Source: Leptospira sp. (GTDB lineage Bacteria > Spirochaetota > Leptospiria > Leptospirales > Leptospiraceae). From it: a stretch of DNA of 64,000 nt. Each line of letters opens with the position of its first letter. Positions within the stretch are counted from its first letter, which is position 1. Position numbers and translations under genes: made by a program. This document shows positions 1 through 9,956 of this stretch, piece by piece. The DNA is taken from positions 1 through 64,000 of the forward strand of contig JAWXAQ010000027.1 in the NCBI GenBank assembly GCA_034439575.1, given 5' to 3'. Below the pieces are notes generated by a model that had not been told where the DNA came from, did not search any database, and worked only from the letters and a program-made list of their open reading frames with translations.

Positions 1-598
1 CCATTTGCGGAAGTCCATCGGGAAGAGCCGGTTCCTTTTTTAATTTTTCAGGGATTCGTTTGGTGATCGGATGACCCACAAACTTAGCATTTACGCCGTA
101 TTCTTTATAAATAGTTTCTTCAAATCGAAAAAGAGTGAGCATAAGTGCGATGTGCTCTTTAATAAAAAAAATTCTTTTGAATTTCCAAGCCCAGATTTGA
201 GGAGAAACATAAAATACAGAAGGTATACCAATTGCTTTTAATTCTTTCGCCAAGCGAAGGTTAAATCCAGGATAATCTATCAATATGGCAAATTTTGTAT
301 CTCTTTGTTTTGCCTCATCTACGATTTGAAATAATAACTTCTTTAGAAAACTGTATTTTTTTATGGCTTCAGAAAAGCCGATCACAGCTAGTTTTTCTAA
401 GTCTTCTAAAGTTTCAAACCCATGCTCTATCATATTTGTCCCACCAACACCGTAGTAGGATAGTTCTGGTCGCAGGTGTTTCATTTCTGCAATCAAATCT
501 CCGCCAAGCAAATCACCAGAATGTTCCCCGGTAAAGATCAGCACTGATTTTGAATCAGGAATTGATTTTGGTTTAGTGGATTTTTTTTTGGCTACCAT
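1..598 (-). CDS. lpxB: Lipid-A-disaccharide synthase (5' part; runs off the window start)
   Basis: Not in the ORF track. Manual translation from ATG at 598 gives MVAKKKSTKPKSIPDSKSVLIFTGEHSGDLLGG...ILIDYPGFNLRLAKELK...YVSPQIWAWK, with the GExSGD, IDxPGFN and SPQxWAW LpxB motifs. Adjacent to lpxI. Confidence 0.93.
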   Translation of the reverse strand, partial: MVAKKKSTKPKSIPDSKSVLIFTGEHSGDLLGGDLIAEMKHLRPELSYYGVGGTNMIEHGFETLEDLEKLAVIGFSEAIKKYSFLKKLLFQIVDEAKQRDTKFAILIDYPGFNLRLAKELKAIGIPSVFYVSPQIWAWKFKRIFFIKEHIALMLTLFRFEETIYKEYGVNAKFVGHPITKRIPEKLKKEPALPDGLPQM

Positions 599-1424
599 TT
601 AAATTCTTTGTACCATTTTGTCCTAAGACTACAAAATTTAACTTATGCTTGGTGGCATATTCTACGACTTCTTTGGGATTAACTACTAGAGTTTCTCCTT
701 CTCTGATACAAAGTGTTTTGCAATGACTTTCTTTCATCACTTGCAATGTATGAATTCCTATAGTTGGCAGGTCAAACCTTTCATCTTGTTTACTTTTGGC
801 AGATTTACAAACGACTGCAGATCCTTTCTTTTTTGTGTAATCGCCACCACGCCGAATCGTAGCGTCAGTCCCTTCGACGGCTTCCACTGCGATGACGCTT
901 TCGTCGCAAACAACCACCATTTGGCCAATATCGAGATCTGCCATTTTTTCAGCATACTCCATACCAAAACTTAGATCTTTGAGTTCTTCTTTACTAAATT
1001 TTTTAGGAGTGTATCTTCCTTCAGCTAACAACAATGATCGCAAATAAATTTTTTGTGAAATCACTTTCACTCCCATACTTTCAAATTCATCTGCGATTGC
1101 CAGGAATATGGGATAATCATTGCGATTGATGGTTTTGGCGAGAATTGATAAAGCCTTTAAATCAAATTTTAATCCCTGAAACAGAAGATCTTTTCTGACC
1201 TTACCAAGCATTAAAATATGAGAGATCTTTTCTTGTTTAATGGTCTTTAATATTTTTCCTATTTGTGTGATATGAACAGGAATGGTGCGAGTGCTGTGTT
1301 CTCTTGGTTCAAAGTCAGATTCTTTGATCGCAAGAAAGAGGGGATCTTCGCCGGCAAGTAGAGCCTCATTCATACCGACATGAGGTAATTCTCCACCACC
1401 AGCGATGATTCCAAGTCTACCCAT
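573..1424 (-). CDS. lpxI: UDP-2,3-diacylglucosamine diphosphatase LpxI
   Basis: LGIIAGGGELP N-terminus; DIGQ, AVEAVEGTDATIRR and QDERFDLPTIG motifs; next to lpxB. Confidence 0.9.
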   Translation of the reverse strand: MGRLGIIAGGGELPHVGMNEALLAGEDPLFLAIKESDFEPREHSTRTIPVHITQIGKILKTIKQEKISHILMLGKVRKDLLFQGLKFDLKALSILAKTINRNDYPIFLAIADEFESMGVKVISQKIYLRSLLLAEGRYTPKKFSKEELKDLSFGMEYAEKMADLDIGQMVVVCDESVIAVEAVEGTDATIRRGGDYTKKKGSAVVCKSAKSKQDERFDLPTIGIHTLQVMKESHCKTLCIREGETLVVNPKEVVEYATKHKLNFVVLGQNGTKNLNGSQKKIH

Positions 1425-1717
1425 TAGGATTCGTTAGATGAGCTTGAAGTATTTGTTTTGCTTTCCGTCGTACTTTGGGTCGGGGCTGGTGTGGCAGCCG
1501 GTGGCAGAGATGAGGATTCGGATTTCGCACCGTCTTTTTTATAATCCGTCACATAAAAACCTGTACCTTTGAATATGATACCAGCGGTTCCGGTAATCAT
1601 TCGTTCTACAGTTCCCTTTTTTCCACATAAACATTCTGTGATCGCGTCATCCTTCATGGATTGGACGTGTTCGAATTGTTTACCACATGTTTTACAAGAA
1701 TAATCGTAAGTTGGCAT
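1424..1717 (-). CDS. FmdB-family zinc-ribbon protein
   Basis: MPTYDYSCKTCG...C-x-CG...FKGTGFYVTDY with a low-complexity tail. Start moved to ATG 1717, which follows an AAGGAGG RBS. Confidence 0.88.
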   Translation of the reverse strand: MPTYDYSCKTCGKQFEHVQSMKDDAITECLCGKKGTVERMITGTAGIIFKGTGFYVTDYKKDGAKSESSSLPPAATPAPTQSTTESKTNTSSSSNES

Positions 1718-1727
1718 TGGTTCCTCC

Positions 1728-3176
1728 TTAATGTACACCTGTTTTCATTTCAAAAAGTAATGCGTATTCTTTTGAAGGTGAAGTTGAAAGAGGCAAACAT
1801 AATTCCCAAGAATATTTTCCAGGGTTGTACATTTGCGATTCTATAGCCTGCGATTTTAGGGATTGGAGAAGACCAGTATTTCGTCTCCATAAACTCCCAA
1901 CAAGCTTATCTCCTTCTCGAGATTCAATGTGTAATGACAAATTTTCTCGTTTACGTTCTTCGTCTAGGATATATCGGTTTCGATTGATGAGTACAGATTC
2001 GTGATCCACTTCTACGGAATAGACCAAATGACTTGTGCCACTATAAACCAAATTTAATTCAAAAAGCGGTATCATTTCCTTTTTTGATGGTGGCAAAAAG
2101 GAAAATTCAAAATAATTTTTTTCACCAGCTAACTTCTTACAAATTTTACGGAATTCTTTTCCTTTGTTTGCATACATTGGAAATCCAACTTCACCTGAAA
2201 TTATCATACGTTCTCTAGGAATATATGTTCCATAGAATGTCGGCGGTATTTTATCACCGAGCCAACCAACAAAATCAATCTTGATTTCGTTTTCGATGGC
2301 CTTAAATCTTCTTTCAAAATTGGAAATAAGGGTTTCATTCGATTTAGTCTTTTCTAAAAAGCCAGAAAATACCCAGGCAGATTTTGTTAGGTGAGGGAAA
2401 AAACATTGCGTGAAAACTCCTTGTTTGCCTGAAACAGTTTCTTCATGAATATCTTTTTCAAAACAAAAAGCGATATCGGGGGAGCTCACCTTTCCCACTT
2501 CTTTGTATTCTTTGCCTGGACCATTTCTTAAGTTAACATTATTTCCATTAATCTCCATTTGATTTTCATAAAATAAAGATAAGTTTGAAGATGATAAAAA
2601 AGATAGAGTCTCCAATAAAAAAGAAGATTCAATTTCCCCGATTCCTTCCATAGGGAATCGAAGAAGGTTCGCCAAAGCTAAGCTATACGACTCTTCCAGT
2701 CCGCGGGGGTCTTCTAATATTAATAATAGAATATAGTAAGAAACTTTATCTTTGGGAATGGGTTTTTGAATTTCTGTGATTTTAGTAACGAGGGATTTTT
2801 TATAATAATTTCCATGTTTTTTAAGTAATGGAAAGTAGGGATCTTCCAAATGAGAATATATTCCAAGACTTGTTTGCCATTCAGAAATTTTGATATTTGG
2901 ATATTTTTTTAAAGTCTTTAAGGTCTGATCTTTGGTTTTTGTATCGTTAAGTTTTTTTTCCAAATGGGAAACGGACCGAGACAACAAAGACAATACAAAT
3001 TCGTTTTCAATCGAAGCTTCGTCTTGATAAAGAGCGAGTACCTTATCAAATTTGTTTTCTTGGAAATAACTATAAGCCTTATCTTCTTTTTCTCGAAAAT
3101 CAACGAAGGAATAAGTAATGGCAACTGTGAGTAAGAGGATGAGTGAAATAAAAACAAAAACTCGGGATCGTATCAA
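1728..3176 (-). CDS. Hypothetical membrane-anchored protein with a probable bacterial SH3-like domain
   Basis: N-terminal hydrophobic helix; NVNLRNGPG...WVFSGFL is SH3b-like. Confidence 0.65.
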   Translation of the reverse strand: MIRSRVFVFISLILLLTVAITYSFVDFREKEDKAYSYFQENKFDKVLALYQDEASIENEFVLSLLSRSVSHLEKKLNDTKTKDQTLKTLKKYPNIKISEWQTSLGIYSHLEDPYFPLLKKHGNYYKKSLVTKITEIQKPIPKDKVSYYILLLILEDPRGLEESYSLALANLLRFPMEGIGEIESSFLLETLSFLSSSNLSLFYENQMEINGNNVNLRNGPGKEYKEVGKVSSPDIAFCFEKDIHEETVSGKQGVFTQCFFPHLTKSAWVFSGFLEKTKSNETLISNFERRFKAIENEIKIDFVGWLGDKIPPTFYGTYIPRERMIISGEVGFPMYANKGKEFRKICKKLAGEKNYFEFSFLPPSKKEMIPLFELNLVYSGTSHLVYSVEVDHESVLINRNRYILDEERKRENLSLHIESREGDKLVGSLWRRNTGLLQSLKSQAIESQMYNPGKYSWELCLPLSTSPSKEYALLFEMKTGVH

Positions 3177-3194
3177 ATTCCAATCCCCTTTAGA

Positions 3195-4739
3195 TTAATT
3201 TTGAAAGTCTTCGGGTAAAAGTTTGTTTCTGTCCACACCATATTCTTCAAAAAGTGCATTTTTGGAAACATAGTAACGATGCAAATTGATGTTATAATCT
3301 ACCTTCGCTCTAACCAATGCTAATTGGTCTTGGACAAGAGTATCCAATGCATTTTTAACAGTGAGAGCATTGAACCTTCCTTGTTGGAAAGAACGAACCA
3401 CACCCGCATAATACTTACGAGCTTCGTCCTCTGTCTTTTTTGCATTGTCTAAAACTTTATAGGATGCTTTCAAAACATCAATGCGTGTGCGAACATCATC
3501 TGCAACGGACTTTGTCAGATCTTCTTCTTCCAAATTGACCTGTCTTCTTTGGATTTCTGCATCCCGAAGTCCCGCCTTAATGCCTTTGTCCCCAATAGGA
3601 TAACTTAAATCTACACTACCTTGCATAACTGGATAACTATAAGAGAAAACTCCGTTTTTGGAATTTGTATAATTCACACTAGGGCCTTCCAAGTTTTGTG
3701 CTTGGTATCCATAAGTGCCTGCCACTTTGAGAGTGGGCATCGCATCACTTTTTGCGTTCTTTAACGCAAGTTCTGCGTTTTCTCTTTTTCTTTGGATGTT
3801 TTTGAAATCGGCTCTGTTTTTGAAAGCGTAATTGATATCACTATCATAATCTAAATTTTTCGGTAATTCTTCCGAAAGGGGACTCGTTTTTGTAAACGTT
3901 GAATCTTCTGGGATATTCAAAGTGCGAATGAGTTTTCTTCGTGCTTCATCCTTTTCTGCTGTGGCCTGAGCCATTTGCCCTTCCACTTGAGCAAGCAGTG
4001 CATTCCATTGGTTCACTTCGAAGGATTCAGATAAACCCAAGCCTTGTTTTCTGATAGTGAGGTCACGAATGGTTTTAGTATTCTTTAACAGTTGTTCGAA
4101 GGTTTGGTAAGAAGAATCCTTAACTGAAAAATTCCAGTAATCAACAAGAGCATTCACAACTTTCTGTGCGACTTGTTCTTCCAATTGGTCTTTTAAAATA
4201 AGAGATTGGTTCTCTAACATTTTTTCTGTATTTCGCTCTTTGGCACCGAAGGAATTTTTCCAAAGGTCTTGGGCGATAGTCACTTGCAATGAATCTGTAT
4301 AGAGAGGAGGAAGGCCGAGTGCGCCAAATCCTGCTGGTGTTTTGGTTTGGTCTTCAAAGGCGTTTGAGTCAAAACGAGTGGACTTCGCATCTAACTTAAA
4401 ATAGGTTCCCGTTGTGAACAAACGATCAATACCCGCATTGTAAGTTGTGGTCGAAGTTTTTGTTCCTGTGAAGAGGTTGTTTTGGTTATAAGGAAATTTG
4501 TTTTGTTGGGTATCTACTTCCGCAAAAGCACGGTAACTGTATTTCCCTTCAAATTTTAAAAGATCAGAATCCGCTTTGACAAGTTCAAGCCTTGCTCGTA
4601 AAACTTCCCGATTGTTTTCAATCGTGTATTTGACGGCATCTTTGAGATTTAGGGAGAACCCTTTGTCAGACTCTGCCGCAAGAAGGGAAAGAGCCGAGAG
4701 AGCCAGAACTGAGACGGAAATGATTGAACGACGTTCCAT
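3195..4739 (-). CDS. TolC-family outer membrane efflux protein
   Basis: Signal peptide, LNLKDAVKYTIENN start, two helical OEP-type repeats. Confidence 0.85.
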   Translation of the reverse strand: MERRSIISVSVLALSALSLLAAESDKGFSLNLKDAVKYTIENNREVLRARLELVKADSDLLKFEGKYSYRAFAEVDTQQNKFPYNQNNLFTGTKTSTTTYNAGIDRLFTTGTYFKLDAKSTRFDSNAFEDQTKTPAGFGALGLPPLYTDSLQVTIAQDLWKNSFGAKERNTEKMLENQSLILKDQLEEQVAQKVVNALVDYWNFSVKDSSYQTFEQLLKNTKTIRDLTIRKQGLGLSESFEVNQWNALLAQVEGQMAQATAEKDEARRKLIRTLNIPEDSTFTKTSPLSEELPKNLDYDSDINYAFKNRADFKNIQRKRENAELALKNAKSDAMPTLKVAGTYGYQAQNLEGPSVNYTNSKNGVFSYSYPVMQGSVDLSYPIGDKGIKAGLRDAEIQRRQVNLEEEDLTKSVADDVRTRIDVLKASYKVLDNAKKTEDEARKYYAGVVRSFQQGRFNALTVKNALDTLVQDQLALVRAKVDYNINLHRYYVSKNALFEEYGVDRNKLLPEDFQN

Positions 4740-4777
4740 ATTTACTTATTCTGACTCCCCTAGATTTTCATCCGCTC

Positions 4778-5668
4778 TTATTTTTTAAGAGCAGCCTTCA
4801 TTTTTTCACCCACTTCGCCAATATGGGCACAAATGCTGATCCCTGCATCTGTCATCGCCGCGATTTTGGATGTCGCAGTTCCCATACCACCAGAAATGAT
4901 CGCACCCGCATGGCCCATACGTTTTCCTGGAGGAGCCGTTTGGCCTGCAATAAAGCCCACCACTGGTTTTTTGCAATGTGCTTTGATGTAAGCGGCTGCT
5001 TCTTCTTCGGAAGTTCCACCGATTTCTCCAATCACAACGATACCTTCGGTGTCAGGATCTTCATTGAGCAAACGAACAGCTTCCGTATGGTTCATTCCAG
5101 GAACAGGATCCCCACCGATACCGATACAAGTGGATTGGCCAAGACCTGCCGCTGTGAGAGATGCCACAGATTCATACGTCAGAGTTCCAGAACGGGAAAC
5201 AATACCGATCTTTCCTGGAGTGTGGATAAATCCTGGCATAATTCCCATTTTCACTTTGTGAAGTGGATTGATCACACCTGGGCAATTTGGGCCAACGAGT
5301 TTTGACTTAGAATTACGAAGCACACTATAAACCTTTAGCATATCGTGTGTGGGAATTCCTTCTGTAATACAAACGATAAGTGGAATCTCGGCAAAAAGAC
5401 CTTCCAAGATGGCATCTGCCGCAAACGGAGGTGGAACAAAGATGATCGCCGCATTGGCACCGTCTTGTTTCATCGCATCTTTAATTGTGTTTCGAACTGG
5501 AGCCGTTTTTCCAGTTTCAGATGTCCAAGTTTGGCCACCTTTTCCTGGAGTCACACCCGCAACAACTTTCGTACCATAATCTAACATTTGTGTGGCGTGG
5601 AAGGATCCTTCCTTGCCGGTAATCCCTTGGACTACGACTTTTGTATTTGCATCTACTAATACTGTCAT
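4778..5668 (-). CDS. sucD: Succinyl-CoA synthetase alpha subunit
   Basis: [23 protein letters not shown] and MGHAGA (phospho-His) motifs. Confidence 0.98.
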   Translation of the reverse strand: MTVLVDANTKVVVQGITGKEGSFHATQMLDYGTKVVAGVTPGKGGQTWTSETGKTAPVRNTIKDAMKQDGANAAIIFVPPPFAADAILEGLFAEIPLIVCITEGIPTHDMLKVYSVLRNSKSKLVGPNCPGVINPLHKVKMGIMPGFIHTPGKIGIVSRSGTLTYESVASLTAAGLGQSTCIGIGGDPVPGMNHTEAVRLLNEDPDTEGIVVIGEIGGTSEEEAAAYIKAHCKKPVVGFIAGQTAPPGKRMGHAGAIISGGMGTATSKIAAMTDAGISICAHIGEVGEKMKAALKK

Positions 5669-5683
5669 ATAACTTCCTTTACC

Positions 5684-6853
5684 TTATTTTTTGATGAGCG
5701 AAACAATTTTGTCCGCCGCATCACGAAGTCCTTCCACTCCGACAATATTGAGTCCTGATTCGTTAAGGATCTTCTTTCCTTCTTCTGCGTTGGTTCCTTT
5801 TAAACGAACGACAACCGGAACATGAATGTTTACTTTTTTTGCGGCTTCGATCACACCATTGGCAACTCGGTCACAACGAACGATTCCACCAAAAATATTA
5901 ACAAAAATTCCTTTTACATTCGGATCAGAAAGGATCAAACGAAAACCATTTTCTACAGTGACAGGATTTGCCCCACCCCCAACGTCTAGGAAGTTAGCTG
6001 GCTCTGCACCTGCAAGTTTTACGATATCCATAGTTGCCATAGCAAGTCCTGCACCATTTACCATGCAACCGATGTTACCATCTAGCTTAACATAGTTTAG
6101 GTCAAATTCCTTTGCTTTTACTTCATAAGGATCTTCTTCTGTAACATCACGCAATGTTACATTTTCTGGATGTCTGAAAAGGGCATTTTCGTCTAAGTCA
6201 AGTTTACAGTCACCAGCAACGATTTCGTTTTGTTTGGTGAGGATAAGTGGGTTTATCTCAAGCATCGCCGCATCTTCTTTGATGTAAGCATTGTAAATAG
6301 AATTTACTAAACTTGCAAAAGACTTCTGTGCTTCAGCAGGGATATTCAATGCGAAAGCAAGTTCACGAATTTGTGCTGCTTGCACACCGATGCCTGGATC
6401 GATTTGGATTTTTATGATTTTTTCAGGAGTATTGTGAGCTACTTCTTCAATGTCCATTCCACCTTCTGTGGAAGCCATAAGTATTGTTTTGCGGTAAGCT
6501 CGGTCGAGTAAAATGGACAGGTAATATTCTTTCGCAATTTCAATCCCTTGTTCAAGATAAACTTTTAAAACTTTTTTACCTTCGGGACCTGTTTGTGGTG
6601 TGATTAACTGCATTCCCAAAATCTTATCAATCGCAGCTTTTGCATCTTCTTTGGTTTTTGTGACTTTAACACCGCCACCTTTTCCACGCCCACCGGCATG
6701 AATTTGGGCTTTTACAACAACGACGGGTGATTTTTGTACGACTTCATTATATGCTTTTTCCCAATCAGTCGCTGTTTCGACGATTTTTCCGAAGGGAACG
6801 TTAGCATTGTGTCTACGTAGGATTTCTTTGGCCTGGTATTCGTGGACTTTCAT
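5684..6853 (-). CDS. sucC: Succinyl-CoA synthetase beta subunit
   Basis: [28 protein letters not shown] and [10 protein letters not shown] motifs. Confidence 0.98.
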   Translation of the reverse strand: MKVHEYQAKEILRRHNANVPFGKIVETATDWEKAYNEVVQKSPVVVVKAQIHAGGRGKGGGVKVTKTKEDAKAAIDKILGMQLITPQTGPEGKKVLKVYLEQGIEIAKEYYLSILLDRAYRKTILMASTEGGMDIEEVAHNTPEKIIKIQIDPGIGVQAAQIRELAFALNIPAEAQKSFASLVNSIYNAYIKEDAAMLEINPLILTKQNEIVAGDCKLDLDENALFRHPENVTLRDVTEEDPYEVKAKEFDLNYVKLDGNIGCMVNGAGLAMATMDIVKLAGAEPANFLDVGGGANPVTVENGFRLILSDPNVKGIFVNIFGGIVRCDRVANGVIEAAKKVNIHVPVVVRLKGTNAEEGKKILNESGLNIVGVEGLRDAADKIVSLIKK

Positions 6854-7017
6854 GGATTTCCTTGTTTATTTGGTGGTACCATACGGCAATGCGTAGGGTA
6901 AACTCTGCTCAAGAATCGAATTTTGCTGTGTCTTGTCAAGCCAAGTCCGCTTCAACTCCAAATTGAAAAACCAATGGCGCCCCGCATTCCTTCTTGTTTA
7001 AAAATTTGAATGTGCCC

Positions 7018-7110
7018 CGCGTTCCCGCTCTCCGCTCCAATCCTCCCATTTCTCCGATTTAAAAAAAGCCATCCACCAAGGGAGGGATTTCCACTTCGAT
7101 CGGTGGCGCG
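7018..7110 (-). ncRNA. GC-rich structured intergenic element resembling the Flavo-1 RNA motif or a REP-like repeat
   Basis: Minus strand reads CGCGCCACCGATCGAAGTGGAAATCCCTCCC...GGGAGGATTGGAGCGGAGAGCGGGAACGCG: nested imperfect inverted repeats with purine-rich internal loops. Family resemblance is from memory. Confidence 0.55.
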
Positions 7111-7403
7111 AAGAGATTTTTTCGATTATTTTGGAAATTGGCATGGTTCGTGGAATGTGGGTTAGGTTTGAGAATTATAAGATCATGCATATTCTCATTT
7201 AATCCTAGGATTTTTTAGTTATATGTATTCGTTCCATAAATAAAATTATAATTATATTACATCGTAAAACAATTCCAAAACCTTACACGCATTTATGGCT
7301 ATCAATTGTTAAGATAGAACATTGTTCTTTAGCCTTTAACGAAAGTTTATGCTTAAATTGAAAATAATCTGAATTAATTTTAAGTATCATATCCTAATTT
7401 CAT

Positions 7404-7433
7404 TTGACAGTCCTTAGAAAAATTACTTATTTT
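7404..7433 (+). promoter_or_regulatory. Putative sigma70 promoter for the 7468 lipoprotein gene
   Basis: TTGACA at 7404-7409, 18-nt spacer, TATTTT at 7428-7433. Confidence 0.35.
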
Positions 7434-7467
7434 GGTAAGAATACGGGTGTTATCTTAACCCTGGGAA

Positions 7468-9624
7468 GTGAAAATGAGAAAATTTCTAGTTTTGTTGAAT
7501 GTTTTATTCTATTCGAATTGTATCCTAACAAGTCTCACCGATGATTTTAAAAATCTTGGTAGCAAAAATAATACAAAAAATCTATTGCCATTAATCGCAT
7601 TAGGTGGTGTCTCTCCATCTCCCTCATCACAGAATTCTAATGAAGTGAGTGCGACCATTAACCAAGATGGGGGCACAATTGAATCTGATGATGGACAAAT
7701 TTCCTTGGAAATCCCACGCGGTGCTCTATCCGAATCCATGAAGATCACGATTACAAAAAATGCGATTCCGATTGGAAGTATACCAGACGAATATTTAACA
7801 GCTTCAGAAGTCTTTAAATTCGAACCAGAGGGCTTACATTTTGCTGTGCCAGCCAAACTAACACTTCAATATGATCAAGGCAATATGGAAGAAGGCCAAT
7901 TTGACGAGAATTTTATAAAATTTGTATATATTAATAATGACGGAACCATAGAACAGACAAAACAAATTTCAAAAGATAAAACGAACAACACTGTAGTCGT
8001 AGAAATCCCTCACTTTTCGTATGGAACACTTTTAAAATCACAGATTAAATCTGTTAACGGAGGGAATTCTAATATAACTTTTGTTACCAAGGTAGCGAAC
8101 AGTTTGATTTATGAATTAAGAAATTATGAAGCGAATGGATTTAGCAATGTAGGAGAGTATTTTAGGACACAAGTCGGCATCCTTGGTCCTTTTTTGATGA
8201 GACTTGTGGATGTTTTGGGTACAGATCCAGTCAGTGCGACCTTTCCCGATGAGGATTTTGATGGTGATGGGATTCGAAATATGGAAGATCCATATGCTAT
8301 TTCTCCTGTAAATGTAACTATACATAATCCTGAGATAACTTCTATTAGTGGTACGCCGAGTGACTATGTAATGATTCAATGGAGCTCAAGAGAATTCCCA
8401 TCTACGTATTCGATTCGTTTGAATTCTATATCTTGCGACACTGGAACTATTTTACAATCGGGAACAGTGAGTCAGTGGGAGACTCCTCCCAAGGGGAGTC
8501 AAACATCTGCTATCGAGCTCAATACCAAAAAACCAAGGTTTGACAATGATCTTTTTCGAGCAGGCAAAAATGACATTCGAATTTGCGTTTATAAAAATGG
8601 AATCTATGGGATTGCAACAAAAACGATTATAAAAGATATTACAAAGCCAACTCTTTCAGTCACTCCAGAAGGTGGAACCTATGGTAAAATACAAACTATA
8701 TCAGTTAGCTGTACGGATGACGAAGAAACAGGATGTCTTGGAGTCCTATATACAGATGATGGATCAACACCAAGATTTCATAAACAAGTTGGTAATGTTA
8801 CAATATCACAAATCGGAAGAAAATACGTGAATCCGATCACAACTCCTGATGGTTCGATAACCCGGTATAAATTCCTTGCAAGTGATACAGTAGGGAACAC
8901 ATCTTTATTAAAAATTGAGGACTATCATATTGATTCCATTGCACCTAGCGTACGTATCAATTCCGTCCAGCCATCGACCTTAATCTCATTGGGGGCGTCT
9001 CCTACTTTAGATTGGCAATCCGACAGGGATGGAACTTATGAAATTAAAATTGGTAACAGTTGTAGCGAAGGAATACTTGCATCAGGATTAAATGTTACTG
9101 GTTCGGCAAACAAAGATATTGCGGTCAGAACTGAAATTCAGCCAGCCACCCCCTTCGTTCTTGGAGAAAATAAAATACATATTTGTTTCACAAATTCGAT
9201 GGGAAATATCGGAACAACCATAAAAACATTCACGGTAGTGAGTCATTCCAGTTATGAGAATGTAAGTTATGAATACTATCGATCAGCTTACTATGAGTAT
9301 TTTGTTCCTGTTCGCTATATCCATTTCGATTTTATGCTCACGTACCCAACATACGTGGTAATTCATTCTGGTTCAAATTATGAATTGTATCACAATGAAC
9401 ACGACAGTTGGGTGACTGATCCTTTTACAATAAATTTCCACTATTCGGGTGGTGATATGCTTCAATATCCTTTTTCTACGAGTCATTATTGGGGGCGCCG
9501 TTATATCCAAGCTCAATGGATCAATTCTGGCAATACCGGGACAATCTCTCTTGCCCAGTGGCGTTTATTGGAAGAGGATGTGATCGCCGGAAACAAACGA
9601 AATCTAGTTGGAACTCCCAGATAA
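7468..9624 (+). CDS. Large surface lipoprotein (ZU5-like, Ig-like repeats, chitobiase/hexosaminidase C-terminal Fn3-like domain)
   Basis: Lipobox-like LFYSNC; GGTI...LEIPRGAL...FEPEGLHFAVPAKLTL (ZU5-like); DFDGDG; PEGGTY...YTDDGSTP...DTVGN. Confidence 0.75.
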   Translation: MKMRKFLVLLNVLFYSNCILTSLTDDFKNLGSKNNTKNLLPLIALGGVSPSPSSQNSNEVSATINQDGGTIESDDGQISLEIPRGALSESMKITITKNAIPIGSIPDEYLTASEVFKFEPEGLHFAVPAKLTLQYDQGNMEEGQFDENFIKFVYINNDGTIEQTKQISKDKTNNTVVVEIPHFSYGTLLKSQIKSVNGGNSNITFVTKVANSLIYELRNYEANGFSNVGEYFRTQVGILGPFLMRLVDVLGTDPVSATFPDEDFDGDGIRNMEDPYAISPVNVTIHNPEITSISGTPSDYVMIQWSSREFPSTYSIRLNSISCDTGTILQSGTVSQWETPPKGSQTSAIELNTKKPRFDNDLFRAGKNDIRICVYKNGIYGIATKTIIKDITKPTLSVTPEGGTYGKIQTISVSCTDDEETGCLGVLYTDDGSTPRFHKQVGNVTISQIGRKYVNPITTPDGSITRYKFLASDTVGNTSLLKIEDYHIDSIAPSVRINSVQPSTLISLGASPTLDWQSDRDGTYEIKIGNSCSEGILASGLNVTGSANKDIAVRTEIQPATPFVLGENKIHICFTNSMGNIGTTIKTFTVVSHSSYENVSYEYYRSAYYEYFVPVRYIHFDFMLTYPTYVVIHSGSNYELYHNEHDSWVTDPFTINFHYSGGDMLQYPFSTSHYWGRRYIQAQWINSGNTGTISLAQWRLLEEDVIAGNKRNLVGTPR

Positions 9625-9686
9625 ATTGTCAGCCTATTAGTTTATCTCACTCGTCACTTCTTTACATTTCCTATGGTTGTAAGGAA

Positions 9687-9950
9687 GTGAAACTTAGGTC
9701 AAATATCACTTCAAAATAGCAATTCACGATGCCTAAAAAAATTCTAGATTCGCTTAAACTCACCAAGGAAGACGTTATCGAATGGGCAATTGACGAGAAA
9801 AGTATTCCTATTGAATCAGCTAACAAACCTTTTTTGAAATATAAAGGAATTCTCAATGAAGGATCCTCTGAAATTAAATCGGATGTCAGAAAGGCTTGGG
9901 AATATGTTCTAAGCGATAAAAAATATAAAACTAGCGCTCGTTATAAATAG
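9687..9950 (+). pseudogene. AbrB/MazE/SpoVT-family DNA-binding (antitoxin-like) gene with an in-frame TAG
   Basis: GTG 9687 gives VKLRSNITSK*QFTMPKKILDSLKLTKEDVIEW in one frame, with TAG at 9717-9719 inside the ITSKxQxTxPK signature. Confidence 0.7.
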
Positions 9951-9956
9951 GTATAT

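Noticed and set aside
4576-6095. Several plus-strand ORFs (up to 193 aa) opposite sucD, sucC and TolC
   Set aside because: Antisense shadows of conserved genes with no recognisable motifs; the other short nested ORFs in the track were rejected for the same reason.
9717-9719. TAG as a pyrrolysine or programmed readthrough codon
   Set aside because: No pyl machinery seen and TAG is an ordinary stop elsewhere in the window; a nonsense mutation is simpler.
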